DNA of 64,000 bases. Origin: an uncultured Chloroflexia bacterium (GTDB lineage Bacteria > Chloroflexota > Limnocylindria > Limnocylindrales > CSP1-4). The notes under the pieces are model-generated. The model searched no databases and had not been told where the DNA came from. It was given only the letters and a program-made list of their open reading frames with translations. Position numbers and translations under genes: made by a program. Numbering within the stretch: the first letter of the stretch is position 1; every line of letters begins with the position of its first letter. Location: positions 235,187-299,186 of the forward strand of contig CAWJKF010000008.1 of NCBI GenBank assembly GCA_963843335.1, in the 5' to 3' direction. Of this stretch, positions 30,242-40,330 are shown in pieces.

Positions 30242-31984
30242 ACACGCCGCTCCTCCATGACACGACAGGACGGCGCGGTCGCCTGGCCCTCATCCTCTGC
30301 CTCGCGCTCGCGGCCACGACGGTCGCTCCGGGGGCCCTGGTCGCCGCCCAGGGTGGCGGCACGGATGTGCCCGAGTCGTCGAGCGCGCCCATCGACCTGG
30401 GCACGGCCGATCCGGCCGACCGGGTGGAGGTCAACCTCGTCCTCGCGGAACGCGACCCGGACGCCTCGAAGGCATACCTCGCGGCGATGAGCGACCCGAC
30501 GTCGCCGGACTATCGGCACTTCCTGACCGCGGCCGAGAGCGGTGCTCGCTTCGGGCCCACCGACCAGACGCTCGCGCGCATCAGGGCCGCGGTCGGCGCG
30601 GCCGGCCTGGACGTGGTCTCGATGCCGGCGCAGCGTACGCGGCTGGTCGTCGGCGGCAGCGTCGCCGCCATGGACGCCTTCCTGGGCACGAGCATCGGCA
30701 CCTACCAGGACTCGCGAACGGGCGTCGTCTACCACGCGTCGGAGGCCGATCCGGTGGTGCCCGCCGCCCTCCGGGACGTGGTCGTCGGCGTGACAGGCCT
30801 CTCGCGGTTCCTGCCCGTCTCCGCCATCGACCCCGCCGACGCTCCGCCGCCCCCGGCACGTGGCCTCAAGCCCATCGACCTCGCGAAGGCGTATGACTTC
30901 CAGTCGCTGTGGGACCAGGGCATCGACGGCACCGGCACGACGGTGGCCATCCTCCAGTTCGGCGTCGACACGGACGAGGACCTCGCGGTCTTCGACGCCA
31001 CCTTCGGTATCCACGGCCCGCTGCCCACGCGCATCCCCGTGAACGGCGGTCTCGTCGGTGCCCCGGCCGACTTCGGTACCGAAGCGACCCTCGACACCCA
31101 GGTGGTGCGCGCCGTCGCGCCGGGCGCCCAGATCCTGGTCTACGGCTTCCCGGCGGCCACGACCTTCGGCGCCGCGATGGACGCCATCGTCGAGGACGGC
31201 AAGGCACAGATCGTGTCCGTCTCGTACGGCAAGTGCTACTCCGGCGGCTACATCGGACTTGACGAGGTGACCGAGGCGCAGGCCGCTCTGCAGCGGGCAG
31301 CCATCGCCGGGGTCAGCCTGTTCGCGGCGTCCGGCGACTGGGGCGCCTTCTCATGCCACGCCTTCGACAAGACCGATGGCCACGTCTCGAGCTTCTTCCC
31401 CGCCTGTACCGACAACGTGGTGAGCGTCGGGGGCACGTTCCTCGAGGTCCGTGACGACGGCAGCTACCTGCGGGAGACCGGTTGGGAGGACTACCTCACG
31501 ACCAGCGGCACGGGCGGCGGCGAGAGCCGCCAACGGCCCGGACGGCCCGCTCGATCCGCTGCCCGCGTACCAGCAGGGCGTGGCTGGGATCGACCAGGCG
31601 AGCGGGCGACGGCAATGCCCGGATGTGGCCGCCGCCGCCGACTCGGACACCGGCTACCTGCTGTTCTTCACCGACCCGGAGACGGGCGTGGGCGAATGGA
31701 AGATGGTCGGCGGCACCAGCGCATCCGCGCCGTTCTGGGCTGGCGCCATGGCGCTCGTGCAGCAGCAGGCGGGCACGGCCGGCATCGACAAGCTGGGCTT
31801 CCTCACGCCGCTGCTGTACCAGGTCGCGCAGACCCACCCAGAGGCGTTCCACGACGTCACGCGGGGTGGCAACCTCGTGGATCAGGCGGTCGCGGGCTGG
31901 GACAAGGCCACCGGGCTTGGCTCGCCGGATGTGGCGGTCCTGTCGAAGGCCCTCATCGAGGCCCTGGGCGGCACCCCCAACTGA
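30238..31984 (+). CDS. Secreted S53 (sedolisin/kumamolisin) serine-carboxyl peptidase with prodomain (frameshift near 31530)
   Basis: Signal peptide; YRHFLT..GARFGPT prodomain; TEATLDTQ (Glu/Asp), ASGD, GGTSASAP (Ser) and WDKATGLGSP Ca-site. Confidence 0.88.
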
Positions 31985-32005
31985 GCGGCTCGGCCGGGCG
32001 GTGAC

Positions 32006-32485
32006 ATGAGCGTGCGTGGTCGGCCCATCGAGGGCGGCTTCCGGTACCGCCACCCCGTCGAGGTGCGCTACGGCGACACGGACGCCCTGGGGCACGTGAA
32101 CAACGCCACGTACCTGTCCTACTTCGAGGCCGCCCGGGCCGGCTACTACGCGGCCGTCGCGGGTCGTCCCTTCGGGACCGGTCCGGATGCGCTGCGGCAC
32201 ACGTTCGTCATCGCCGAGGCGCGGGTGGTCTATCGGCAGCCCGCCTACTTCGGCGAGCCGCTCGTGGTGGAGGCGCGCGTCGCGTGGGCGTCGCGGTCCT
32301 CGTTCGGGCTGGAATACCGGGTGCTGTCCGAGGGCGGACCCATCGCGCCGGCGCGCCTGGTGGCGGACGGCGACACGACCCAGGTGATGTTCGATATCAG
32401 CTACGCGCGCCCGACACGCATCCCCGTAGACCTGCTCACGGCCATCGAGGCGTTCGAGGGTCATCCGATCCCGCCTCGGCCCTGA
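32006..32485 (+). CDS. Acyl-CoA thioesterase (4HBT/YbgC hot-dog fold)
   Basis: VEVRYGDTDALGHVNNATYLSYFEAAR. Confidence 0.9.
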   Translation: MSVRGRPIEGGFRYRHPVEVRYGDTDALGHVNNATYLSYFEAARAGYYAAVAGRPFGTGPDALRHTFVIAEARVVYRQPAYFGEPLVVEARVAWASRSSFGLEYRVLSEGGPIAPARLVADGDTTQVMFDISYARPTRIPVDLLTAIEAFEGHPIPPRP

Positions 32486-32531
32486 TCTCTCGGCCGGGGC
32501 CGTCGCCCGGACCTCGGGCGTAGCGAGCCGT

Positions 32532-32763
32532 GGCTCGTGGGGCGAGTCAAGGGACCGGCGGCCGGCCTCCAGCGTCCCGCTGGCCGATGTGATGGACACC
32601 ATGGCTCCCCGGGCGAGGCAGGGGGCCGGTGGCAGCCCTGGCGACCGCGGTTCATCCGTCGAATGGTGCACCGGCGGAGCGGGATGGCGGTCCAAGCCGC
32701 TCCAGCTCCGCTCCCGGCCTGAAGTCCCGATGCCCGACCGCCCGTTGACTCGCCCGGTGAGCC
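32532..32763. repeat. Inverted-repeat-bounded element, family B copy 1 (232 bp)
   Basis: Left arm ggctcgtggggcgagtcaagggaccg; right arm reverse complement ggctcaccgggcgagtcaacgggcgg; lies between convergent genes; arms recur at 58292-58504. Confidence 0.7.
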
Positions 32764-32766
32764 CCA

Positions 32767-33879
32767 TCACGCGGCCGGCAGCCGGACCGTGATGGTGGTA
32801 CCGACGCCCGGCTCGCTGAGGGCCTCGATGGCGCCGCCGTGCGCCTCCACGATCGCCTTCGCGATGGCCAGTCCCAGGCCGCTGCCGGTGGAGTCGGCAG
32901 ACCGCGTGAAGCGCTCGAAGATCGTCGGCAGGATGGCGGGGTCGACGCCCTGGCCAGTGTCCCGAACGTTCACCACTGCCCCGGTCGCCCCCGCCCCGGC
33001 CGCGACCGTCACCTCGATGGTGCCGCCAGCGGGCGTGTGGCGCAACGAGTTGGCGACCAGGTTGCGGATGACGCTCGCGATGCGCCCCGGATCGATGGGC
33101 GTGGGCGCCAGGCCGGCGGTGACCACGACCGACAGACGCACCCCGGCGTGGTCGGCGCTCGGCCGGAATGACTCGACGACCTCGGTCACCAGCGCACCGA
33201 GGTCGGTCGGCTGCCGGACGAGCCGGAGGCTGCCGGAGTCGCTCAGGGCGAGCGTGCGCAGGTCATCCACGAGCGACTCGAGCGTCCGGACCTGGCCCAG
33301 GGCAGGCGCGATGTGGGCCGCGTCCGCTGGATAGACCCCATCGCGGATCGCCTCCAGCTGGCCCTGGATGACCGTCAGCGGTGTGCGCAGCTCGTGGCTG
33401 ACGTCGGCCATGAACGATCGACGCTGCGCATCGCTCTCACCGAGCCGTTGGCTCATCTGGTTGAACGCGCGGGCCAGCAGACGTTGCTCCGCGGAGCCGG
33501 TCTCGGGCACCCTCGCCGAGTAGTCCCCGTCCTGGACCCGTGCGGCTGCGTCCACGAACGGCGCGACGGCCGTCGTTCGTCGCCAGAGCCAGAGCCTCGC
33601 CACCAGCGCGGCCAGCAGGAGCATCACCACCAGCCCCAGGGCGACCGCGACCAGCGCACCGAGGAGCGATCCGCCGTTGCCGGACCAGAGCGCCAGGACG
33701 ACGATGACCACCGGGATGGCGACGACGGACAGGCAGCCCACGGAACAGCCACGGCGGTGGGTGCGCCGCCAGGAACCCGCAGCGTATGCCCACGGCGCCG
33801 AGCTCTGCGGTGGCCACGGCTCGTCCTCGGGCCACCAGGGTGGTCGACGTCGGGGACGCGGTCCGTGTCCCGGGCTCAC
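32767..33879 (-). CDS. HAMP-domain sensor histidine kinase (BaeS-like)
   Basis: Two TM helices, HAMP, DVSHELRTPL, NLVANSLRH, DTGQGV and GSGLGLAI. Confidence 0.92.
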   Translation of the reverse strand: MSPGHGPRPRRRPPWWPEDEPWPPQSSAPWAYAAGSWRRTHRRGCSVGCLSVVAIPVVIVVLALWSGNGGSLLGALVAVALGLVVMLLLAALVARLWLWRRTTAVAPFVDAAARVQDGDYSARVPETGSAEQRLLARAFNQMSQRLGESDAQRRSFMADVSHELRTPLTVIQGQLEAIRDGVYPADAAHIAPALGQVRTLESLVDDLRTLALSDSGSLRLVRQPTDLGALVTEVVESFRPSADHAGVRLSVVVTAGLAPTPIDPGRIASVIRNLVANSLRHTPAGGTIEVTVAAGAGATGAVVNVRDTGQGVDPAILPTIFERFTRSADSTGSGLGLAIAKAIVEAHGGAIEALSEPGVGTTITVRLPAA

Positions 33880-34559
33880 CGGTCGTCGGCCAGTCGGTAG
33901 CCCACCCCGAACACGGTCAAGAGATAGTGGGGCGCCCGCGGGTCCGGCTCCAGCTTCCGGCGGATGTTCTTGATGTGGGCATCGATGGCCCGCTCATACG
34001 ACTCGAACGCCACGCCATGGACCGCATCGAGCAGCTGTGCCCGGGTGAAGACGCGCCCCGGCTGGCGCGCCATCACGGCGAGCAGCTGGAACTCGGTCGG
34101 CGTCAGCTCCACCGGCCGCCCGGCGACCGTCACGAGCATCCGGTCCAGGTCGAGCACCAGGTCGCCATCCTGGAGCAGGGTGGCAGGTGCGTGGGCGGTC
34201 TCGGCCCGCCGGAGCACGGCTCGCACCCGCGCGACGAGCTCGCGCGGACTGAAGGGCTTGGTGATGTAGTCGTCCGCGCCAAGCTCCAGGCCGATGAGCG
34301 TGTCGGTCTCCTCGGTCCGGGCAGTGAGCATGATGATGGGCAGGTCGCTCGTGCGCCGGATGGCACGAGCGACGTCAAGGCCGTCTCCATCGGGCAGCCC
34401 CAGGTCAAGGATGAGCAGGTCCGGCCGCTCCGTCCGCGAGAGTCGCAGGGCGCCCTCGGCGGTACCGGCCGTGACGACCCGGAACCCCGCGTGGACGAGG
34501 TAGTCAGTCGTGAGGCGCAGGATGTCGGTCGCGTCGTCGACGACGAGGATGGTGGGCAT
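33876..34559 (-). CDS. OmpR-family response regulator
   Basis: ILVVDD, LILDLGLPDGDG, IIMLTA, DYITKPF and winged helix LTPTEF..VFTRAQLL. Confidence 0.93.
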   Translation of the reverse strand: MPTILVVDDATDILRLTTDYLVHAGFRVVTAGTAEGALRLSRTERPDLLILDLGLPDGDGLDVARAIRRTSDLPIIMLTARTEETDTLIGLELGADDYITKPFSPRELVARVRAVLRRAETAHAPATLLQDGDLVLDLDRMLVTVAGRPVELTPTEFQLLAVMARQPGRVFTRAQLLDAVHGVAFESYERAIDAHIKNIRRKLEPDPRAPHYLLTVFGVGYRLADDR

Positions 34560-34630
34560 CGCGGAAGATGCTATGCGACGGACGTGACGGGGGAGGGCAT
34601 CGGCCGTCCCCCGTCGTCCTGCTCGCTCGG

Positions 34631-35032
34631 TCAGGATGCCGAGCCGGGTCCGCCCTCGGGAGCGTCAGCCTGCGGCGTGGCGCAACCTTCCGGTCGGGGT
34701 CCCCAACCGCCGGCTGCCCATGGACCGCGCGGTGCCCAGGGACCCGGTCCACTCGCCGCGTGCATCTGTGCCCAGCCGCCCCGGCCGCCCCACGCCGCAC
34801 GTCGGATGATGCCGACGATGAGCGCGAACAGCAGGATACCGACGAGCAGCCCCACGAAGGGGAAGCCGAAGCCCCAACCCCATCCGGACTGGACCACATA
34901 CGTGACCTGCGCGCCGCTGGCCGCGACCGCGTTCGCGGTCGCGTTGGCAGCACCCAGGGTGTAGCCGATCCCCCCGGCTACCAGGGACAAGAGCAGGACC
35001 AGGACCACCCCGATCCATCCGAACCGCCGCAT
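34631..35032 (-). CDS. Small membrane protein with Gly/Trp/Pro-rich tail
   Basis: Two hydrophobic helices; co-oriented immediately upstream of the response regulator. Confidence 0.6.
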   Translation of the reverse strand: MRRFGWIGVVLVLLLSLVAGGIGYTLGAANATANAVAASGAQVTYVVQSGWGWGFGFPFVGLLVGILLFALIVGIIRRAAWGGRGGWAQMHAASGPGPWAPRGPWAAGGWGPRPEGCATPQADAPEGGPGSAS

Positions 35033-35166
35033 GAGGACCTCCTTGCGTTGCATCGGTGATGTGACTACGGTGGCGGCGAGTTGTGCGCAGGATGTGCACG
35101 AGGCACGCAGATGGCGTGGACGTGGGAGACGGGCGCAGGCGCGTGCCAGCCCGAGGGGATGACATC

Positions 35167-35257
35167 AATCATCGGATGACCATCGTGCCCCTGGACGTGT
35201 CGCTGTCGTGCTGCTGTCGCGACGCTGGTCCGCTACCCTATGAATCATCGGATGACC
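35167..35257. promoter_or_regulatory. Two identical 15-bp sites AATCATCGGATGACC (palindromic core TCATC-g-GATGA), candidate operators
   Basis: Exact copies at 35167-35181 and 35243-35257, upstream of eda. Confidence 0.65.
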
Positions 35258-35317
35258 CGCGCGGACGCACCCCGCTGGTCGTCCAGCCAGACCGCACAAC
35301 ACTGGGTGAGTCGTTCG

Positions 35318-35965
35318 ATGGACATCCGAGAGCGCATCGCGCGCTGTGGCGTCATCCCGGTCGTGGCCATCGGGCGCGCCGAGGACGCGCCTGACCTGGG
35401 CGGCGCGCTCGCCGACGCGGGCCTGGCCTGTGCCGAGGTCACCCTTCGGACAGCGGCCGGCCTTGCGGCCATCCGGTCGATGCGCACGGCGCACCCGGAC
35501 ATGCTCGTCGGAGCGGGGACCGTGCTGAACCCGGACCAGGCGGCGCGCGCCATCGACGCGGGCGCGCAGTTCATCGTGATGCCCGGCTTCCGCGATGACG
35601 TGGTGGCGATGTGCCGCGACGCGGGCATCCCGGTGTACCCGGGGGTCATCACGCCGACGGAGATCATGCGCGCGCTCGATGCCGGGGTCACGGACGTCAA
35701 GTTCTTCCCCGCCGAATCGGCCGGCGGCCTGGCGCACCTGCGAGCGCTGGCGGGTCCATTCCCGATGGTCCGATTCATCCCCACCGGCGGCATCGGGCTC
35801 GGCAACCTGGCGGCGTACCTCGGCGACCGGTCGGTGCTCGCGGTCGGTGGCAGCTGGATGGTCAAGTCGGACCTGCTCGATGCGCGTGACTGGACGACCG
35901 TGCGATCGCTGACCGCGGATGCGGTGGCCGCGGTCGCCGCCATCCGCGCTGGATCGGGCGCATGA
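35318..35965 (+). CDS. eda: KDPG/KHG aldolase
   Basis: AEVTLRT, VGAGTVL, PGVITPTEI, VKFFPAE and FIPTGGI. Confidence 0.92.
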   Translation: MDIRERIARCGVIPVVAIGRAEDAPDLGGALADAGLACAEVTLRTAAGLAAIRSMRTAHPDMLVGAGTVLNPDQAARAIDAGAQFIVMPGFRDDVVAMCRDAGIPVYPGVITPTEIMRALDAGVTDVKFFPAESAGGLAHLRALAGPFPMVRFIPTGGIGLGNLAAYLGDRSVLAVGGSWMVKSDLLDARDWTTVRSLTADAVAAVAAIRAGSGA

Positions 35966-35978
35966 CGCCCGCGATCGC

Positions 35979-37076
35979 ATGACGCTGACCATCAAGCCGG
36001 CCGCATCGACCCGCTGGGACCTCGTCGCGCTGGGCGAGGTGATGCTCCGGCTCGACCCGGGCGAGGAGCGTATCCACACGGCCCGCATGTTCCGGGCCTG
36101 GGAGGGTGGTGGCGAGTACAACGTCGCGCGCGGGCTGCGACGCTGCTTCGGGATGCGCACGACCGTCGCGACGGCGTTCGCGGACAACCCCATCGGTCGT
36201 CTCCTGGAGGACCTCATCCTCCAGGGGGGTGTCGACACCAGCCATGTCGCGTGGGTGCCCTACGACGGCATCGGTGCCTCCGTGCGCAACGGCCTGAACT
36301 TCACCGAGCGGGGCTTCGGGGTCCGGGGCGCCGTCGGCGCGTCCGACCGCGCCAACTCCGCGGCATCCCAGCTGCGGCCGGGGGATGTGGACTGGGCCGC
36401 CATCTTCGAGACGGAAGGCAGCCGCTGGCTGCACACCGGTGGCATCTTCGCGGGCCTGAGCGCGACCACCCCGGCTCTCGTGGCAGAAGCCATCGAGGCG
36501 GCGCATCGGTCCGGCGCCATCGTCTCCTTCGACCTCAACTTCCGGGAGTCGCTCTGGAAGTCGCGCGGCGGCGCCGCGGCGGCACGCGCAGCGATGCAGG
36601 AGCTGGTCCGGTCGGTGGATGTCGTCATCGGCAACGAGGAGGACTTCTCGGCGGCCCTGGGCATCTCCCTGCAGGGCGTCGATGCCGACTACCAGCACCT
36701 CGATGCGGCGGCGTACCGGTCGGTGCTATCGGAGGTGGCATCGGCATATCCCAACCTGGCCGTCATCGCAGCCACGCTCCGGGTCGCCCGGACGGCAAGC
36801 CGCAACGACTGGGGTGCCGTGGCGCTCGCGGATGGCGCGTTCCACGAGGCGACCACGCGGCCCGACCTGGACATCCTCGACCGCATCGGCGGCGGCGATT
36901 CGTTCGCCTCCGGTCTCATCTACGGGCTGCTCACGGGCAAGCCCGCGGCCGAGGCGCTGGAGTACGGCGCAGCGCACGGCGCGCTCGCCATGACCACGCC
37001 CGGCGACACGTCCATGGCGTCCCTGGAGGAGGTCGAGCGGCTCATCCGGGGCGGCGGCGCGCGCGTGCGTCGATGA
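35979..37076 (+). CDS. kdgK: 2-dehydro-3-deoxygluconokinase (PfkB family)
   Basis: LGEVMLRL, GGGEYNVA, FDLNFRESLW, IGNEED and DRIGGGDSF. Confidence 0.88.
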   Translation: MTLTIKPAASTRWDLVALGEVMLRLDPGEERIHTARMFRAWEGGGEYNVARGLRRCFGMRTTVATAFADNPIGRLLEDLILQGGVDTSHVAWVPYDGIGASVRNGLNFTERGFGVRGAVGASDRANSAASQLRPGDVDWAAIFETEGSRWLHTGGIFAGLSATTPALVAEAIEAAHRSGAIVSFDLNFRESLWKSRGGAAAARAAMQELVRSVDVVIGNEEDFSAALGISLQGVDADYQHLDAAAYRSVLSEVASAYPNLAVIAATLRVARTASRNDWGAVALADGAFHEATTRPDLDILDRIGGGDSFASGLIYGLLTGKPAAEALEYGAAHGALAMTTPGDTSMASLEEVERLIRGGGARVRR

Positions 37077-38067
37077 CGAGGGCGATGCTGCTCCTTGCGG
37101 CCCACGAGTTCGATTGGCGCGACGTACCGGAGCCGACCCCGGGTCCCGGGGAGGTGACGGTCCAGGCGCGATTCACGGGGTTGTGCGGCACGGACCTGCA
37201 TATCGTCGAGGGCAGCCATCCACGTGCCCGGTTCCCGCTCGCGCTCGGGCATGAGATCGTGGGTGAGTCGCGCTCCGGGCCGTACACGGGCCAGACGGTG
37301 CTCGTCGACCCGCTGCTGCCATGCGGCCGATGCGTGGCCTGCGGGATGGGCGCGTCCAACGCCTGCGCCAACCTGCGGCTGATCGGCATCGACCGCGATG
37401 GCGCGATGGCGGGACAGGTGGTCGTGGCGGAGGACCGGCTGCACCCGATCCCGGCCGCCATCCCGGACGAGGTGGCCCCGCTCGCGGAGCCGCTCGCGGT
37501 GGCGGTCCATGCGGTCCGGCGCGTGCCGCCGCTGCTGGGGGAATGCGTCGTGGTGGTGGGCGGCGGGCCCGTCGGGCTGCTCATCGCGCACGTGGCGCGT
37601 CGGGCCGGGGCGATCGTCCACGTGGCCGAGACGGCACCCGCGCGACGCGCGGTGGCGGGATCGATGGGCCTCCGCCTGCTGGACGCGGACGCCCCGGTGG
37701 CCGATGTCGAGCGCCTCACCGGGGGCCGGATGGCGTCCGTGGTGTTCGACGCGGCCGCGGCGCCGCCAGTCGCCGCGATGCTCACCCAGCTGGTGCGGCC
37801 CGGCGGCACCATCGCCATCGTGGGCACCTACGGACGATCGACGCCCCTCGATCTCCAGGCGGTGATGTTCAAGGAGCTGGCGATCGATCGGCCACCGGAC
37901 GTATCAGCCGCCGGATATCGACGCCGCGATCGGCATCCTCGCCACGGACCTCGACGTGCTCCGACCGCTCCTGAGCGGCACGGTCCGACCCGACGGAGGT
38001 GCCGGCCACCATCGCGGCGCTGCGGGCCGGCGAGGGCATGAAGGTCATGGTGGATTGCCGCCCATGA
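37073..38067 (+). CDS. Zn-dependent alcohol/sugar-acid dehydrogenase (frameshifts near the 3' end)
   Basis: GLCGTDLH, LGHE, CGRCVAC..C, LAEPLAVAVH and GGGPVG. Confidence 0.85.
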
Positions 38068-39101
38068 TCGGCCTCGTCAAGGTCGCGCCCGGGGACACCC
38101 AGCTGCAGCTGCGGGAGGTCGACCAGCGCGAGCCTGCCTCGGGCGAGGTCGTCATCCGGGTCCGCTACGCGGGCATCTGTGGCACCGACATCCATATCCG
38201 GGACGACCACTTCCAGTCCTACCCGCCGGTGGTCCTGGGCCACGAGTTCACGGGCACCGTCGAGCGCCTCGGCGAGGGCGTCGACCCGGCGTGGCTGGGC
38301 ACCCGAGTGGTGTGCGAGCCGCACGCCCGTGCCTGCCACACCTGCCACCTCTGCCGACGGGGCAACCCTGAGATCTGCGCCGCCAAACGATCGCCCGGCT
38401 GGGGCATCCATGGGGCCTTCGCCTCCCACGTCGTCGTTCCCGCGTGGCTGCTGCATCGCGTGCCCGACGCGGTCCCGGACGAGGTCGCCGTGCTCGCGGA
38501 GCCGATGGCGGTGACGATGACCGCGCTCCGTCGTGGCAGCCTCGCGGCCGGCGACGCGGTGCTCATCGTCGGTCCGGGTCCGGTGGGCCTGCTGGCGGCC
38601 CTTGCCGCGCGTGCCGCCGCGGCGAGCGTGGTCGTGGTCGCGGGCCGGAGCGACGGTGCCCGCCTGGAGACGGCCCGTCGACTGGGCTTCGCGACGACGA
38701 CCGCCGAGGCGGCGGGCGAGGACCTGCGCGCCCGGACCGGGGGTCGTGGCGCGGACCTCGTGCTCGAGGCGACCGGCACGGAGGCGGGCGTGGATGCGGC
38801 ATTCGAGGCGGTACGTCGACGTGGCCGGATCACGGCCGTCGGCCTTTCCGGGCGGCCGTCGATCAGCATCCGCTGGGACTTCGCGACGACCCGCGATGCG
38901 GACCTGTCGTTTGCGATGAGCTCCAGCTACGAGGCGTGGGATCCGGCGCTCACCATCCTCGAGCGGGTGGCCGCGGACGTGGCGACGTTGCCCACCATCT
39001 TCGCCCTGGAGGATTGGCGCGCGGCATTCAGCGCGGTCGAGGCACGCAGCGTGGTCAAGGCGGTCATCGATCCGACGAGCCAGCAGGGGAGACAGGCATG
39101 A
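38064..39101 (+). CDS. Zn-dependent dehydrogenase (second paralogue)
   Basis: GICGTDIH, LGHE, CHTCHLCRRGNPEIC, LAEPMAV and GPGPVG. Confidence 0.88.
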   Translation: MIGLVKVAPGDTQLQLREVDQREPASGEVVIRVRYAGICGTDIHIRDDHFQSYPPVVLGHEFTGTVERLGEGVDPAWLGTRVVCEPHARACHTCHLCRRGNPEICAAKRSPGWGIHGAFASHVVVPAWLLHRVPDAVPDEVAVLAEPMAVTMTALRRGSLAAGDAVLIVGPGPVGLLAALAARAAAASVVVVAGRSDGARLETARRLGFATTTAEAAGEDLRARTGGRGADLVLEATGTEAGVDAAFEAVRRRGRITAVGLSGRPSISIRWDFATTRDADLSFAMSSSYEAWDPALTILERVAADVATLPTIFALEDWRAAFSAVEARSVVKAVIDPTSQQGRQA

Positions 39102-40022
39102 GCCGCATCGTCATCACCGACTGCGATCAGGGCAGCATCGAGATCGAGCGGACCGTGTTCAGCACGGCCGGTCACGAGGTCACGCTGGCCCAGTGCCGGA
39201 CGGCCGACGAGGTCATCGCTGTCGGGTCCAGGCGTCGATCGCGCTCCTGGCCCAGTACGCGCCCATCACGGCAGCGGTCATGGATGCGCTGCCGACGGTC
39301 CGGGTCGTCGGTCGATATGGCGTGAGCCTCGACAACATCGAGCTGCCCGCTGCCGCGGCGCGGGGCATCCGGGTCGTGAACGTGCCCGACTACTGCATCG
39401 ATGAGGTGGCCGACCACGCCATCGGGCTGCTGCTGGCACTCACCCGGGGCATCGTCGCGCAGGATCGGGCCATCCATGCTGGCACCTGGGACTTCCACAC
39501 GGGCGGCGAGCTGCGGCGCGCCCGCGGAAGGCGGCTGGGCATCATCGGCCTTGGGCGCATCGGGTCGGCGACCGCGCGACGCGCGCAGGCGCTGGGCTTC
39601 CAGGTGGTCGCCACCGACCCCGCGCGCCGGTGGTCGACGGCGTGCCGCTGCTGGCCCTCGACGAGCTCCTGGCGACGAGCGACATCGTGAGCCTCCACGC
39701 CCCGCTCGACCCGTCGACGCGACACATGCTCGATGCTGCGGCCCTGGCCCGGATGCGACCCGGGGCGCTCCTCGTGAACACTTCGCGTGGCGGCCTCGTC
39801 GACCAGGCCGCGCTCGTGGAGGCGCTTCGGTCGGGTCATCTCGGCGGTGCTGCGCTCGATGTCCTGGAGCGGGAACCGATCCTGCCCACTGACCCGCTGC
39901 TGACCCTGCGGAACGTCATCCTCACGCCCCACGCCGCCTTCTACAGCCGCGAGTCCTTGGTGGAGATGAAGCGACGCGTGGCGGAGGGCATCGTCGCCGC
40001 GCTCGCGGAGCTGCCCGCCTGA
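39098..40022 (+). CDS. D-isomer-specific 2-hydroxyacid dehydrogenase (CtBP-like; frameshifts)
   Basis: [46 protein letters not shown] and LTPHAAF. Confidence 0.88.
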
Positions 40023-40063
40023 GCCGAGGTGCCGTGGCCGATGCTCGTGGGCACGCTCCGGCG

Positions 40064-40278
40064 CTGCACACGAGGTGTGCACCCGCGACAGAGTTGACGG
40101 CCTTCGCGCCGCCAGGCGTGCCCTGGCGTTTCGGTGCGCGCTGTTGCTGGGCCCCGATCCGTCGTTCCTGCACGGTGGACGTGAATCCCGACCCTACGGG
40201 GTCGATCGCGTGTCGATCGCCGGTCATCCGCGGGCGATCCGCTCGTCATCTCGTCGCGGGTGCACACCTGATGTGAAC
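40064..40278. repeat. Inverted-repeat-bounded element, family A copy 2 (215 bp)
   Basis: Left arm ctgcacacgaggtgtgcacccgcgac pairs with right arm gtcgcgggtgcacacctgatgtgaac; lies between convergent genes. Confidence 0.78.
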
Positions 40279-40304
40279 GGGCCGGGCACCGGCGTCCCGC
40301 ACCG

Positions 40305-40324
40305 GGCACGGGCGTTCCCGTGCC
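40305..40324. terminator. GC-rich hairpin between convergent genes (possible terminator; no U-tract)
   Basis: ggcacggg-cgtt-cccgtgcc perfect 8-bp stem. Confidence 0.4.
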
Positions 40325-40330
40325 GCACCG

